Assembly (NCBI GenBank): GCA_001643675.2
Contig: LSRY02000083.1
Span: 1 to 44,627, forward strand
DNA: 44,627 nt
Direction of reading: 5' to 3'
Origin: Monocercomonoides exilis PA203
Lineage: Eukaryota; Protista; Preaxostyla
Shown here: positions 1 to 12,600 of the stretch, one piece after another
How the letters are laid out: each line of letters begins with the position of its first letter
Numbering within the stretch: the first letter of the stretch is position 1
Notes under the pieces: generated by a model
What the model was told of the DNA's origin: nothing
The model's input: only the letters and a program-made list of their open reading frames with translations
Databases searched by the model: none
Translations under genes and position numbers: made by a program

Positions 1-598
1 ACAGGATTTTTGCATATTTTTTTCCCATTTCCATTTCCATTTCTTTTTTCTGTCTTTTTCCCCAGGCTTTAAAGGAATAGAAACGAATGAATGTGTCCGA
101 AAGTGAACTCCCACTGAAAGGGCAATTGCTTGTTGTTGCCAGAGATAAATACAGTTGAGCCTTGAGTGAAGTTTTACAAACAAACAAAAAAGCCCAAACA
201 AAAGGAAAAGGAAAAAGAAAAAGCAAACACAAACACAAACATAGACCAGGCACACTTCTGCTTGAATGCCTTCGGAAAATTACAGATGTTTTTGTAAAAA
301 TAAAAGAACAAACATTCACACTTACAAAGTGCGAAAAACAAGAAAATAACACAAAAACAAATAAACATGCAAACAAACAAACGAGAAAGAAAGAAATAAA
401 GATACAAAAATACTTTTCCAGAAACAACTGAAATGCAACTCCAGTAGTGGAACCAATTGTAAAAATATTGCAATCAAAACGCTTGCAAATAAAGACTTAT
501 GAAAAAGAAAAATAAACGTCCAAAACACTCGAATGTCCATGCCATTTCATGATGCCTTGTTTGCTGAAATTCCCCATCAATCACTCTTTATCCAGCAT

Positions 599-3500
599 CT
601 AATTCGCGACATTGAAAAGGAAAACCATGCGGTAATTCGCCTGGCGAAAAGCCTCGGGATCAGGAGCAGACAAAGGATCCGAGGGAATCGGCACGAACTC
701 TGCATATGGCAGTCCCTCCACATCGGACACTTTCCCGCGAGAATAGAGCGACGCCTGCTGCACCCGAGTTTTTCGAGGGCAGGCTCCCCGAGCACCGCCA
801 GAACAGCTGCACATCATTGTGCTGCGGCGTGGCCTCCACACAGTCGCGAATCCCACGCTCTTCAATCGTATCATCCACCAAACGCAGCAGCACAACCCCA
901 ACATCCTCCCCTTCTTCCCCTTCTCCCCTTCTCCCCTTCTCCCCCTTCTCCCCCTTCTCCCCTTCTCCCCCTTCTCCCCCTTCTCCCCCTTCTCCCCCTT
1001 CTCCAACTTCTCCAACTTCTTTCCCTTCTCCAACTTCTCCAAGCAACCCACCTGCTTCCACCTGCTGCCATGTTTTGTGGAGTCGGCTGCAAAGCATTGC
1101 CCATACACTCCCCAGCACATATTTGCGCCAATCACAGAAACAAGCTCAAACGGAGCAATTTGAAGGAAGACCCGCCTCCCTGCTGCTCTCCTTCCCCTTC
1201 TCCATGCCTGTTCCACTCAGCAATGCTCGCGTTCAACACCCCAGCTGCCTTCACCCTCGCTTCTCGGTCTGCCCTCATGAACGCAATGCACGTCTCCCGG
1301 ATGACCTGCACAGCCACATACAGCGCGTGGCTGTTCAGCTCCATGCTCCCAGCCAGCCGCCCAAACAGAGCACCAACATACCCCTCCTCAAACACAAACC
1401 CCAGCTCTTTCTCCACATTCGTCAGCACCTCCAGCGCAAACAGGTCGATCGTGCTCTGCACAGACTCCAGCGAGTGCTGCTGGTATGCGACACTCGACAG
1501 CGACCCCACCCCAAAAGGCACCTGAAGCGCAAAAGGGCGCACCAGCCGCCCAACAAGCCTCCTGAAGAACGGCCGCGTCACCACATCGTCGCTGCTCGCA
1601 TCTTGCGCAGCACACGTTGCAGCAATACAGCTCAGCGTGTGGTTGAAGCGCAGCGCTGCCCACGAGCTGTGCTGCCTCCGCACCGACACCAGGTTTCTGT
1701 TGACCCACCGGCCGTGCAACCAGCCCAATCTGCTGCAACAGAACACCGACGACATGTCTGACTGCAGCGTCCGTCTCTCCAGAAAAGACATTCTCAGCAG
1801 TTGCATCTTGTCCAGCGTGTAATCAGCAACCGACTCGTACTCCCCAACCACTGGCTCCCGGATGGAGCTGAACGGCGCTTCTTCCCAGATGGACCGCATG
1901 TACTCCTGGGAATAGATGTTTATGTACTCCTCGCTGTCTGCCCCTCCACCCCCAGCCTCTGCCGCTTTCTCCATCTCCATCTCCACCTCATCCAATTCCT
2001 CCATCAGCCGCTGCTCAAACACTCCGCCATACAGCCGCTTCATCTGCTGCCGATACAACATGCAGATGCTTTCAAGGCAGTGACTCGACATTCTGAAGAA
2101 CAGTTTGTCCGGAAACCTGCTCGAGGGCAGTTACAGAAAGAAAAAAGAAAAGAAAAATCGAAATTGCAATTTGACAGTGGGGCATGCCTGTTCAGCCGCA
2201 ACAGCTTGTTCACAATTGCTTCCAGCTGTTCATCAGGCATCGCCTCAGCCTTGCGCACTGTCCCGCAATAATACTTCGTGTCTGAATAAACATGCCTCAA
2301 CAAAATCATAACACAACACAACACAACACAAGCAAGTCAAACCCCAGTCAGAAAACAAAACATTCAGGCAATAAATGCAATTGTAGATGTGGGGAATGTT
2401 CAGCTTGCTCTCCAACACTCCCTCTGCTTCGCCATCACCACCGTCTCTTTCCCTGATGTTGACATCCATCTCGCTGCCCTCCCTCTTCAATCTGCTCTTT
2501 TCACTCTCCATAAGCTTTTGCTTTCGCTTCACGTATTCTGCTTCTGCTCCTTCGGGAAGCGCAATGCCCTCAGCCAGCACGCCTGCCAGCTTCTTCACAG
2601 GCAAATTGAATCTGTAATGATCCTTCTCCCACAAAACTGCACACGCCGCCTCCAAACGCACACAAAATGGGAGACGCTGTTCTTTTCGCTGCACTTCTGC
2701 CACTCTCCCCTCCTCTTGCTTCCTTTTCCCTCCCTTCTGCTTCCACTTCGCCTTGAGACGTTCCTTCTCCTTTGCTGCACTTTTCCCCCCTTTCCTCTTC
2801 TGTTCCCTTTGCCTCCTGTTCGCTCCCTCTTTTGCTCTCCCTTTCTCTCCTTTGCTTTCCTCTGTGCCCCTGCCGCTGTCTGCTGCCTGCTCTGTCACGG
2901 ACTCCCCATCATCCAGCTTTCCCACATCCTCCTCCTCGAACCTCTCACGCCCCTCTTCGAGCTCCACATCCACCACCCTTTCGTAATACGGAGCTCTCAG
3001 ATTTATCTTTTCCCGCGCAACCCCTCGGCTCTTGTTCCCCACCGCAATCTCCGTCAGCACCCCTCGAAGCAGTGCTCTTCAAATGCCTTCCCCACCCATT
3101 GGACGCCATCAGGGTGATGTTTGTCCTGGCAGCGAACACCAGCTGCAGCGCTTCGACCGCATCAATCAGCCCTGCCCTCTCCTGGCACCGCATCAGAATC
3201 GTGTCGATCCCGTCCAGAATGTGCTGCCCCACCATCGCCGCAAGCCCCGCCTGGTCTGCGATCCTCACAAACCCCAACACCACCTTGGCCAGCGCACTCA
3301 GCGCCTCCTCGCTTTCTGCTGCGTGGATCCGCTCCACAACTGCCGGAACCACTTCCCCATCAAAAATCACCTCTTGCAGCAGCGGCGACCCTACAACATC
3401 CGACGTCAAAACCGTCTTCGTCTGCTGCTTCTCCTTCCCGCGCGGTGATTTCATCGTGCTCTTTTTTCTTGCGCCGTCAGCTGGACCTCCTCCAACCTCA

Positions 3501-4165
3501 GCCTCCGGTGCTGCACTGGATACGACCTCACATCCACAACAAGCGCCATTGCACGCACATAGCTGGCTGCCACCCTGTCGTCCGCTCCCGCGCTCAGCAC
3601 CACCTTCCCGCAGTGCAGCACGTTGCGCAGAATATACGCCGGAACACTCTCCATCCTTCCGACACATCGCCACAGCAAATCACACATCTCCTTCGAAATG
3701 CCAGCCAGCTCGCCTGCCCCAAACTTCCGCCCTCTGAAAACTCGCCATGAACAAACACAAAAACACAAATACTGAAGCTTTTCTGTCAGCCTCTCCAGCG
3801 CGTTAATCGCTGCACCAAAAAAATAAACATTGAAATGAAAAAGGCTCAAAGCTCAAAATCCGATTCTTTCCTGCAAAACAAGCAAACTCTCGTCTCTCAC
3901 TTCTTCCACTTTTGCATCCTGCATCGCGTTCCCCATGCAGCATTTCCGTTGCACAGCAGCCCCACCCACAGCAAGAGCATCAACAAAACACAAAATCATC
4001 CAGTTTTGCACCATCAGCCAGCCCCCAAGTTGCACAAAAATAAAAACAAAGAAGAAAATGAGAATCACGTCTGAGCCAGCAGCAAACACCTTGAATATCG
4101 GAGGCGCTGTCTTGTTGTTCCTTCTTGTTGATCTCATTTCCAGCAGCCAAATAAATATTACTCAT
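599..4165 (-). CDS. Large multi-exon uncharacterised protein, probably largely alpha-helical (ARM/HEAT-like character), with a K/E-rich insert and an EKG/EKL repeat
   Basis: Stitched from ORFs 3980-4168, 3451-3849, 2245-3060, 2040-2324, 1132-2091 and 599-1216, separated by short T-rich intron-like segments and homopolymer frameshifts. The mirrored copy has longer unbroken ORFs (36354-37958, 38112-39617). Ends in TAG at 599-601. Exon borders approximate; no family recognised. Confidence 0.7.
905..1042. repeat. Coding 9-bp tandem repeat (ttctccccc/ttctccaac) encoding (EKG)n/(EKL)n on the minus strand
   Basis: Directly visible; mirrored at about 39160-39290 with differing C/G-run lengths. Confidence 0.9.
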
Positions 4166-4977
4166 CAATAAACAAGATCAGACATTTTTTTTTTTATTTT
4201 TGAGCGAAAGATGGAACGAAAGAGACGACACAAAGAACATTGCGCTGGAGGATTTTCTCACGAAAAATGATTGCAAAATAAAAAAACTGAAATTGTTCAC
4301 TTTTAATTCCCTTTCGAATATTTAGAGTCTTTTGTGTTTGTCTTTTTCTGTATTCTTATGAATCAGAAAAAAGACAAGTGTTTGTGCTTGCTTGATGTTT
4401 CAGGATTGCGCTCTGTTGAATGATGAAAAGTGAGGGAAAAAAATTGATTGTGAAAGAAAAAGGAATTTCACTTTCTCCTTGGCTGTCTTTTTGAGTAAGA
4501 GAGAGAAAAACAAAGATATTTTGTGGAGCGGGCATGACTTTGCAATGAAGGTAAAAAAAATGAAAGAAAAAGAAAAAAAAAACGAGTTGTTGCTGGTGAG
4601 ACAGGGATATGGTGGGAAATGGCATTGTTGCTGTGTGATTGCGTTGGGCAGGCAAAGCACAGATAAATGAGGATGCAGTTGAGCTGGTGTGCGGGGGGTG
4701 CAAAGGAGGGCTGAAAGCGTGTTTTGCCAGCACGAGTCTGCGCTTCACTCAGCATCATTTTCAAATGATTTGTTTCTGATTTTTATTCATTCTTGCTTTT
4801 TTTGTGTTCGTTTCCATGAGCAGTGTGAAGACAAAAGGAAGACAGATGGAGGATGAGGCCGAAATGCTGAAGTGCCAGCAGGGGCATCTGAGCGTGATGG
4901 GATTTGTCCATCGGTCAGGGAGAATGCGTTTGTGATGATGAGGCTGCACGAAGAGAAGGGATGCGGAGGAGAGGTTT

Positions 4978-5478
4978 TTGGTGAAACTGGGAATCTGCTG
5001 GGAAGGCAGCACAGGAACTGGAAGAAGCATCGAGAAGGGAGGGATGGAAGAAGAAGAAGAAGAATGTGAAATGCACAAGGGAGAGAGAGAGAGACATATG
5101 AATATTGCATGGGGATGGCTGGTGACTGTTTGGAGGTGTTTTGAAGGCTTTGTCATCTTGTGGATGATGTGCGAGAGGCGGTTTGGGAGCATTGAGCAGC
5201 CGCACCACAAGCAAAGGGAGGGAAGGAGCATGTTTGCAGCAGGAGTGTTCTGGCTTTTGCGAGAGGTTTTGTGCACGGGAAGCGCGATGATAGCAGTTGA
5301 TTTTGCGATTGGGGAAATCGGGAAAGGTATGCAGAAGAAAGGGCTAATGAGAAACAGTCTTGTTGTGCAACTTGCAGCCATGAGAGAATCGCGGCCAAAG
5401 ACACCAAAAAAATGGAGATGCCCGGAAGGACGGATGCTGATGGATTGTCGTGGGGGGTGTGTGTGGTTTTTCTTTTGA
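4978..5478 (+). CDS. Possible exon of a small uncharacterised gene
   Basis: Only this + frame stays open over about 500 bp with coding-like composition; no motif recognised. Mirrored at about 34717-35230 (-). Confidence 0.25.
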   Translation: MVKLGICWEGSTGTGRSIEKGGMEEEEEECEMHKGERERHMNIAWGWLVTVWRCFEGFVILWMMCERRFGSIEQPHHKQREGRSMFAAGVFWLLREVLCTGSAMIAVDFAIGEIGKGMQKKGLMRNSLVVQLAAMRESRPKTPKKWRCPEGRMLMDCRGGCVWFFF

Positions 5479-5841
5479 TTATCAGAGGATGATGAGAAAA
5501 GGCGAACTTGGGGGCGAAGAGCAAGCTTCTGTCGATGCAGCTGCAGTGCTTGGTCGCACAAAGCAGTGCACCAATGGCTCATCTCTGCTGCATGCGGACC
5601 TCCTATTTCTCCAAACATGCTTTATTTTATTTTTCTTTATTGTGAAGTTATTCACAATCGAAAACAAAAACAAGGCCTGCACAATTACATGGTGCAGAAA
5701 AATGGAAGGAAAATTGAAAAGTGTGGCAAGGGAGATTTGCACTTCAACAAAATTATTATTCAAATATTTTCTTCATTTTTTGCGTCACTTGCCCATAAAA
5801 ATATATCAAGCGATTCAGCAAAGAGAATTTTCTGCAGCAGG

Positions 5842-8800
5842 ATGTATTTGGCGTTGGTGTGGCTGGCAGCCGCAGTGCAGTGCCGCTACTGCGACATCAA
5901 TGCGACAGAGTTTGTGGCGGCGTCGTACCTGGCGGAGTGCCTGGACAACTATCCGGTTTGTGTTCTATTTTTTTGAGTTTTTGGTTTGTGGCTGTTCAGC
6001 GGGAAGTGTGTCTGCTGTCTGATGCACCAAAATGGATGTTTGCGGCGCGCTGTGCTGTGTGCAGGTGGAGGAGCTCGGGGAGCTGGTGGAGACGGTGAAG
6101 AAGTATCTGGAGGGATATGCGCTGCGGGACCGGGTGCTGGCGCTGCCGGCGCCGTACAGCGGGCTGTCGTTCGACGTGGTGGGGGAGCTGGAGCGGATCG
6201 GGAGGTGCAGTACCGGAGCGGGTACAAGAAGCACATGGATGTTGGGGCAGCGCTGTCGCGGCTGAAGGATCCGCACACGATGTACACGATGCCGTGCTAC
6301 AACTACTACGGGTACTTCAGCCCGTACTCGTTTGAGATTGCGTATGAGGAGGAGACGGGGCAGCCGCGGGCGGTGTATGCGGTGCCAGGGGCGATGGAGT
6401 CGCTGTTTGAGGCGTGCCTGTATCGGGGGCTGGTGGAGGACATCCGGGACTGCGCGGTTGTGAACATCTCGTACGACGGGGCAGGGTACAGGGCGGAGGA
6501 GCCGTGGGAGACGATCGCGCGGTGGGCAGACGAGAACGTGATGATGTCGCGGAGCCGGGCAGCGCGGGTGAATGCAGCGCTGCAGATGTATTTCTCGTAT
6601 CGGCTGGCGGGGCTGTTCAGGAGGCCGGAGTCGGACACGATCCGGGTGCGGTATGTGGACGGGGAGGGGGCGGTGCGGGAGACGAGCTGGATGATGTACG
6701 GGATGTCGGGGGCGGACATCTACGACATCACGCGGCTGTGCCCGCTGAAGGAGAGTGCGAACGGGACAGACACGCAGGGCGGAGGCAGCAAGCAGGCAGC
6801 AGCCTTGTCGAATTGGGGTGCGCAGCACAGGGGCAGGGGGAGAGCGGGGGCTGCAAGGGCAGTTGTTGGGGAAAGCGAGCGGAGGCAGCAGAGGAAGCTG
6901 CGGGAGATCACGCGGCAGACGCTGATGGGGCATGCGTTTGGCAGGCTGAACTTCACGAGGAGTCAGGCTCAGCAGGGCCACAGAGGCCGGGGAGCGACTA
7001 ACGCAGCAGCGAACGTGCGGTTTTCCGAGAAAGTGCTTTTGGAGCAGGGAAGCGTGGGGCGCAGGCGTTTGGGCACAGCAGCACTGCGGGACTGCGGCAG
7101 CACAGGGGGAAGGGCGCAGAACCATCTGAACACCACGCAGTTTGGGGAAGGCGGAGGATCAGCGCTTGTCATCAAGGAGCGGAGGAGCGGAGGCTGGGGA
7201 ACAGGGAGCAACGGGAAATACAGGGTGACGAAGCAGCGACTGCCCCGGCTGAGGATCAGGCGAGGAGGCAACGAGCATGCGCTACTGAACATTTCAGGTG
7301 AAGGGCGAGAGGCAGGAGCAGGAGGCAAGAGGAGGAGCGTTGGGGAGCAGAGAGATGGCATTGGATTGGTGTGGAAAAGAGGGGAAAATGCAGCAGGTGG
7401 AGGCAGTGAGGCGGAAGAGGAGGATGTGACAGTGCTGTATGAGAGCGAGGCGTTCAGCGCATATTATGTTGAATCGGAGCGGATTGGGGTGTTGAATGTG
7501 GACTCGTTCAGCCCTGAAGACGAGAAGCAGTTTGTGGCGAGTGTGTTTGAGACTCTGCGGTGGCTGCGGGAGGAAGGGGAGAAGGGGGAGAAGGGGGAGA
7601 AAAGGGAAGGAGAGGCAGGGAAGGTGCGTGTTGTGGTGGATGTGCGCGGGAACACGGGGGGGTCAGCAGGGCGGGGGCGGGGGCTGCTGCATGTGCTGTT
7701 TCCGGGGGAGTATCCGCTGTATGGGCGGGAGAGGTTTGTGAAGAGCATGGGGAACATGCTTGTGGCAGAGGGGCTGGCAGGAGACGGCGGGGTGGAGGCG
7801 GTGGAGTATGAGACGCAGAAGAAGAAAGAGAAGTGGCTGAGCGAGGAGGAGGTGCGGGAGGAGGGGAGTGGAGACGGGGCGGTGCGGCGGGAGCGTGTGT
7901 GGACGCGGGTGTATGCGCTGAACAGGGAGGAGAGCGACCTGTTTGGGAAGTGGGCGGCGTCGGTGGAGTGGGGCGGGGAGAGGCTGTTTGATGCGGAGCA
8001 TGTGATGGTGGTGAGCGACGGGCTTTGCGGAGGGGTATGTGGGCAGTTTGTGAAGCACATTGCGGAGCGGCACCTGGCGAAGGTGGCGGTGATAGGGGCA
8101 GACCCGACAGATGCAGAGGGGGATGTGGATGTGGGGTCGTTCAGCGGAGGGGGAGCGGTGGACGAGGAGGAGGTGCGGGCGCTTGCAGCAGCGAAGTATG
8201 GGGAGAACGCGGAGGGGATGCTGCCGGCGAGGCTGCTGCGGGAGGGGCAGACGGTGTCGTGGGGATGGAGGACACGCTGAGCTTTGGGGTTGGGGAAGAG
8301 GCAGAGTCGCTGGAGCTGAAGGTGTGTGGGGCGGATGTGGTGGTGCTGTGTTCAGTGACGCCTTTGGCGATGGAGGTGGAGGAGCGGCTGCGGGTGGCGG
8401 TGGGGGTGGGGCAGGGGATGGAGCGGCTGGCGAGGTGGGAGGTGCGAGAGACAGCAGAATGCGCAGCCGGGCGGCTTGGCAGAGGCAGAGGCAGCGGCAG
8501 AGGAGGAGGAGGAGGAGAGGCAGCACATCAAGCACACTTCACGCAACTCAATTCATCCACTTCATCCACTTCATTTTCATCGTTGACGGCACAATCGACT
8601 TCGGTGTGCGAGAGATACGAGAGCAGAAGGGAGGCGCACCGGGTGCTGGGGCGCGGGGTGGACGAGGCGACGGGGGAGTTCTGCGAGACAGGGTGCGTGT
8701 CGGCGGGGTGCGAGTCGGGGTATTACGAGAACTCGCGAGGGTTGTGCAGCCGGATTCCGAGTGTGAAGAGTCCGCTGTGCTTTGTGCCGGAGAGCGAGGA

Positions 8801-9341
8801 AGAGGCGGCAGCAGAACAGCAGCTGGCGCGGAACAAGTGTGTGGGCAACAGCACGAACAGCACGAACAGCACAAATGGCACAAGCAGCAATGAAGCACAG
8901 GGCGCAGCAGGCAGCGGGGGAGCAGGTGATGTGGCGTTTGTGCTGGTGCCGATTGTGTGCGGGGCGTGTGTGGTGGGGGTGGCAGTGGTGTTTGGGGTGT
9001 GGTGGAGGCGGCGGGGGGTGCAGATGGAGAGGCGGTATGCGAAGGCGGCGGATGGCGGGGGTTCGTCGCTGGCAGCAGCACCGGCGCTGCTTGGGGCAGA
9101 ACACCCGGGAGGCGAGAGGAAGGAGAAGGAGAAGGAAATGGAAGAGATGAGGGAAGAGGGAGCGACAGAAGAAAAGCAGAGCAGAGGGGAAGGCGGGGTG
9201 GATTTGAGCTCTCCATGGGTTGGGAGCGGAAGCAGCAGGAGCAGACAGGGCATTGATGATGGAGGAGGAGGAGGAAGAGAAGAAGAAGGAGGAGGAGGAG
9301 GAGGAGGAGAAGAGGACTTTGGGGAAGAAAGAAAAGGGTGA
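5842..9341 (+). CDS. Type I membrane peptidase S41-family homologue (fungal S41/CPAF-like), predicted catalytically inactive
   Basis: ATG 5842 with signal-peptide-like MYLALVWLAAAVQC; phase-0 GT-AG intron 5956-6064. Motifs LKDPHT (6262-6279), IGVLNVDSF, VDVRGNTGG (7636-7662) and SDGLCGGVC (8014-8040). Then a Cys-rich juxtamembrane segment, NST sequons, TM helix VAFVLVPIVCGACVVGVAVVFGVWW followed by RRR, and an acidic tail. Two G-run frameshifts (~6200, ~8262) are absent in the mirrored copy. Confidence 0.8.
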
Positions 9342-9693
9342 TTTGAAAGAGGGAAGAGGAGAGAAGGGAGAATTTCAGAAGTCGTGTTTTTCGCGCAAGC
9401 AGAGAAAGTGCTGTGCTTTGTCGAGTGGCGCCAGCAGGCGTTTCTCTGAACTGTCTTCATATTAGAATTTTGAGTTGCCTTCCATGCTTTGCTTTTGTTT
9501 TTAGCATTTGCAGAAATCCCATTTGATTTGAAGGCATTTTAGGAAAAGAAAACATAAAAATGCAGATATTTCTTTTCTTTTCTTTTCATTTTTTTTTCAC
9601 TTTTTGTTTTGGCAGATGCCCTGCAACAAAAATACAAATGCAAAAATGCAAAAATAAAAAAATATAAACAGAATAAAAACACATTCGAAATGC

Positions 9694-12600
9694 TCACTTG
9701 CTTCGCTCCAACCCAACCATTCTGCCCACAACACTCAGATCTCCAGCACCCTGTGCATTGGCCAGCGGCAGTATCGACGACGAAGAAGGCGAAAGCGAAG
9801 GGGAAGAAAGCGTTTTGAGAAGACTGTGCGAGGGGGTGCGGAGAAGCTGGCGCATCTGAATGAGCGGTGGAACCCGGCACACCTCGTCTGCAAGCAGGTG
9901 CAAGCTGCTTGGCCCCTTTCTTCCAGGTGTCTGCGATCCGGTTTGCTTCGTCTGCTTCGCCCGCTTCTGCCGATCAGCTGTGCCCAGAGCAGACACAGGA
10001 CAAGCTGCCTTTCTATCTCCCATTCCTCTCACCCTGCTCTGCCCTTCTACTTCTCCTCCTCCTCTTTCTCCTCCTCTCTCTTCTCCAAATGCTCCCACTT
10101 CCAGAACGCGCTCTTCACCGCAGCCTGTCACGCACAGATGTTGCTCACCAAATGCACCTGCATCCGCAGCTGAGCCGCTTTTCTCCACCAGTGAAGCAAA
10201 TGATGACTGCTGAAAGCTGCTCGAAGCATGCTCCCCCTTTGGCGAATTGTTAGACGAGGCCAGACATCCAGCTCCTGCTTCCGCTCCAATTGCTTCGCCA
10301 GCGTTGTGCAACACAGCATCCACACCCTGCACCGTGTGCTGCATCAGTGGCAGAACACTCTCCGACTCGCCAGCCCCATCCCCACTCAGCCTGGCCAATC
10401 CGAGTCCTGCTCTCGCGCCCTCGCTCAAGCACCCTTCTCTCCCATCGCTTTCTTCCACAACAACCGAGTCTCCATCGTCTGCCTTGCTCCATTCTCTGTG
10501 CCCCAACGGCAATACCTCAGATCTTTCTCTCTCCTCCTCCTCCTCTTCCAATCTCTCCTTCCTCTTTCCCCTCCTTTTCCTTCTTTCGCTCCAAAAGTCC
10601 CCTCCTCCTTCCTCCTTCCACAACATCTCCATCCCATCCTCCACTTCTTCCACTGGAGTTGTGGCCGGCGCGCCTGGCCCAGTTGATGCTGCCAGCATGC
10701 TGCTCCCCAACCCTCCCCTTCTTCGCTGAGGCATCTGTGCTGTCTGTGTGCCGGAGCAGAAGCTCCCATCTCCCGACTCCTCCACTTGCACTTCCATTCT
10801 CCTGCGCCCATCCTTCCTGCCAGCAACAGGCCCATGCTGTGCTGATGAGATGTCGGGCAATAAATGCGGCGGTGCCTCAGCTTGCGCGTCATGCAATGGA
10901 GCACAAACCAAAGAACGCTCACCCACAGCAGCACCTGCGGAATTCAAGGCTGCCAAGCTGGAAGGCGTCGACCATGGCAGTGCCGACCTGTTTCGGGGCA
11001 AGCCACGAAGCCACCGCAGCGGCCGGCCTCCTCCACCCAACCGTTCTCCCACCCCACCCATTGGCCTCTCCTTGCCATGCTCTGCATCCACCCCATCAAT
11101 CGCCACACTCCCGCTTTCCTCCCACAGACCCGCATCCCCCTGCGATTTCGGCCGCTTCCATGCTCTTTCTGCCTCTTTCCCTCTCTTCTGCTCTGCACCG
11201 CCCAGCCATTGTCTCTGCTGCATGCTTCCTCCAACAAATGCACTCTCTCCGCCGCAATGCAACTGCACTGTCCTGCCCTGCCGGATCTGGCCGTGCTGCC
11301 CCTCAAAACCCCACTCTCCCTCATCCTGCCCCAAACACCTCTCCACCTTTGGCCGCTTCCCTCCAGACTCACCACATCCACCCAAACCACCCAAGCAGGC
11401 CTCCAGCTCCCGCCTTTTGCCTGCCTGGGCTTCTTCCTGATATCCTTCCTCAGACGACTTTCCAAACGGCAATGGAAAGGGAGCAGCTGTCACTGCTGTC
11501 GATGCTCCTTCCTCTTTCCTCTCCTTTCTGTGCTCACACTTTCCTGCTTCAACAATTATGCTCTGCCTGTCTTTTCTCCATCCTCCTCCCCAACCATCTC
11601 CTTCTCCCACATTCACATCAATCTCCTCTTCATTCTCTTCTTCAATCTCTTCTTCTTTCTTTCTTCTGCTGGCTTTCTCTCTCCTCTCCTCCCTCAAAGC
11701 CTTCTCCCCTTCTTCCTCTCCCTTCCTTCTGCTCTCCCCCTTTCCTCTCCCCTCGCACCTTCCCATCCCGCCCCTCGCTGCTTTCCCAACAAAAAGTGGA
11801 ACAATCCCCCGAATAATCGCCGGAGACATTTCTGTCTGCATGCTGCTCAGCTTCCTGACATCCCCCTTTCCCCTGTCCGTCTTCGCCCTGCCCAGCTCCC
11901 TCTCCTCCACCACCGTCCCTGCCTTTTGCTCTTTCAACCCCCTCCTTTCAACCCCTCTTTCAGTTCTCCCTGATCCACCCACTCCATCAATACCGCTCGG
12001 CAAGCCCTTCAACGCCCCAACACCCTGTTTCGCTGTCGGTGCAGGGCTCCACCCTGAGCACCCCAGTCTTGTGCTCCTCGGAGTGCTCAGCAACCGCACA
12101 GCAGGCACTGTGCTCCTCGGCTCGTCTTTCCCATTGCCAAACGGAGAAATGGCTGCTCCTCTTTGACCCCGAGCCTGACTCCTGCTGCTCCACTTCCCTG
12201 CTCCTCCCTTCCAGTCTCCTGCCTCTCCTTTCCCCTGCCCTTCAATCAGCCTGCCTCGCAACAAAAGCCCAATTCCTTGCTGCTTTGCTTTTCCAAATGC
12301 CCTGCTTTCAATCCCAACCTCTTCAAACCTCTTCTTCTGCTTCTGCTTTTGCTTCTGTTTCTTCTTCCTCTTCTTCTCTTCCCCCTTTCTGCTCTCTGAG
12401 TGCCTCTCCTGATCCTTCTTTTCTCTCCCCACTCCATGCCCTGCTCCTTTTTCCTCTTCTTCCTCCTCCTCTTCCTCTTTCATTTCTCTCCTTCCTCCTC
12501 CTCCTCCTTCTCCTCTTCCATCTCCTCCTCCCTCTTCTCTTTCATCCACTTTTCCACCATCTCTTGCCAGCTCTCCCCTTTCCCCTGCTGTCTCCTCCAT

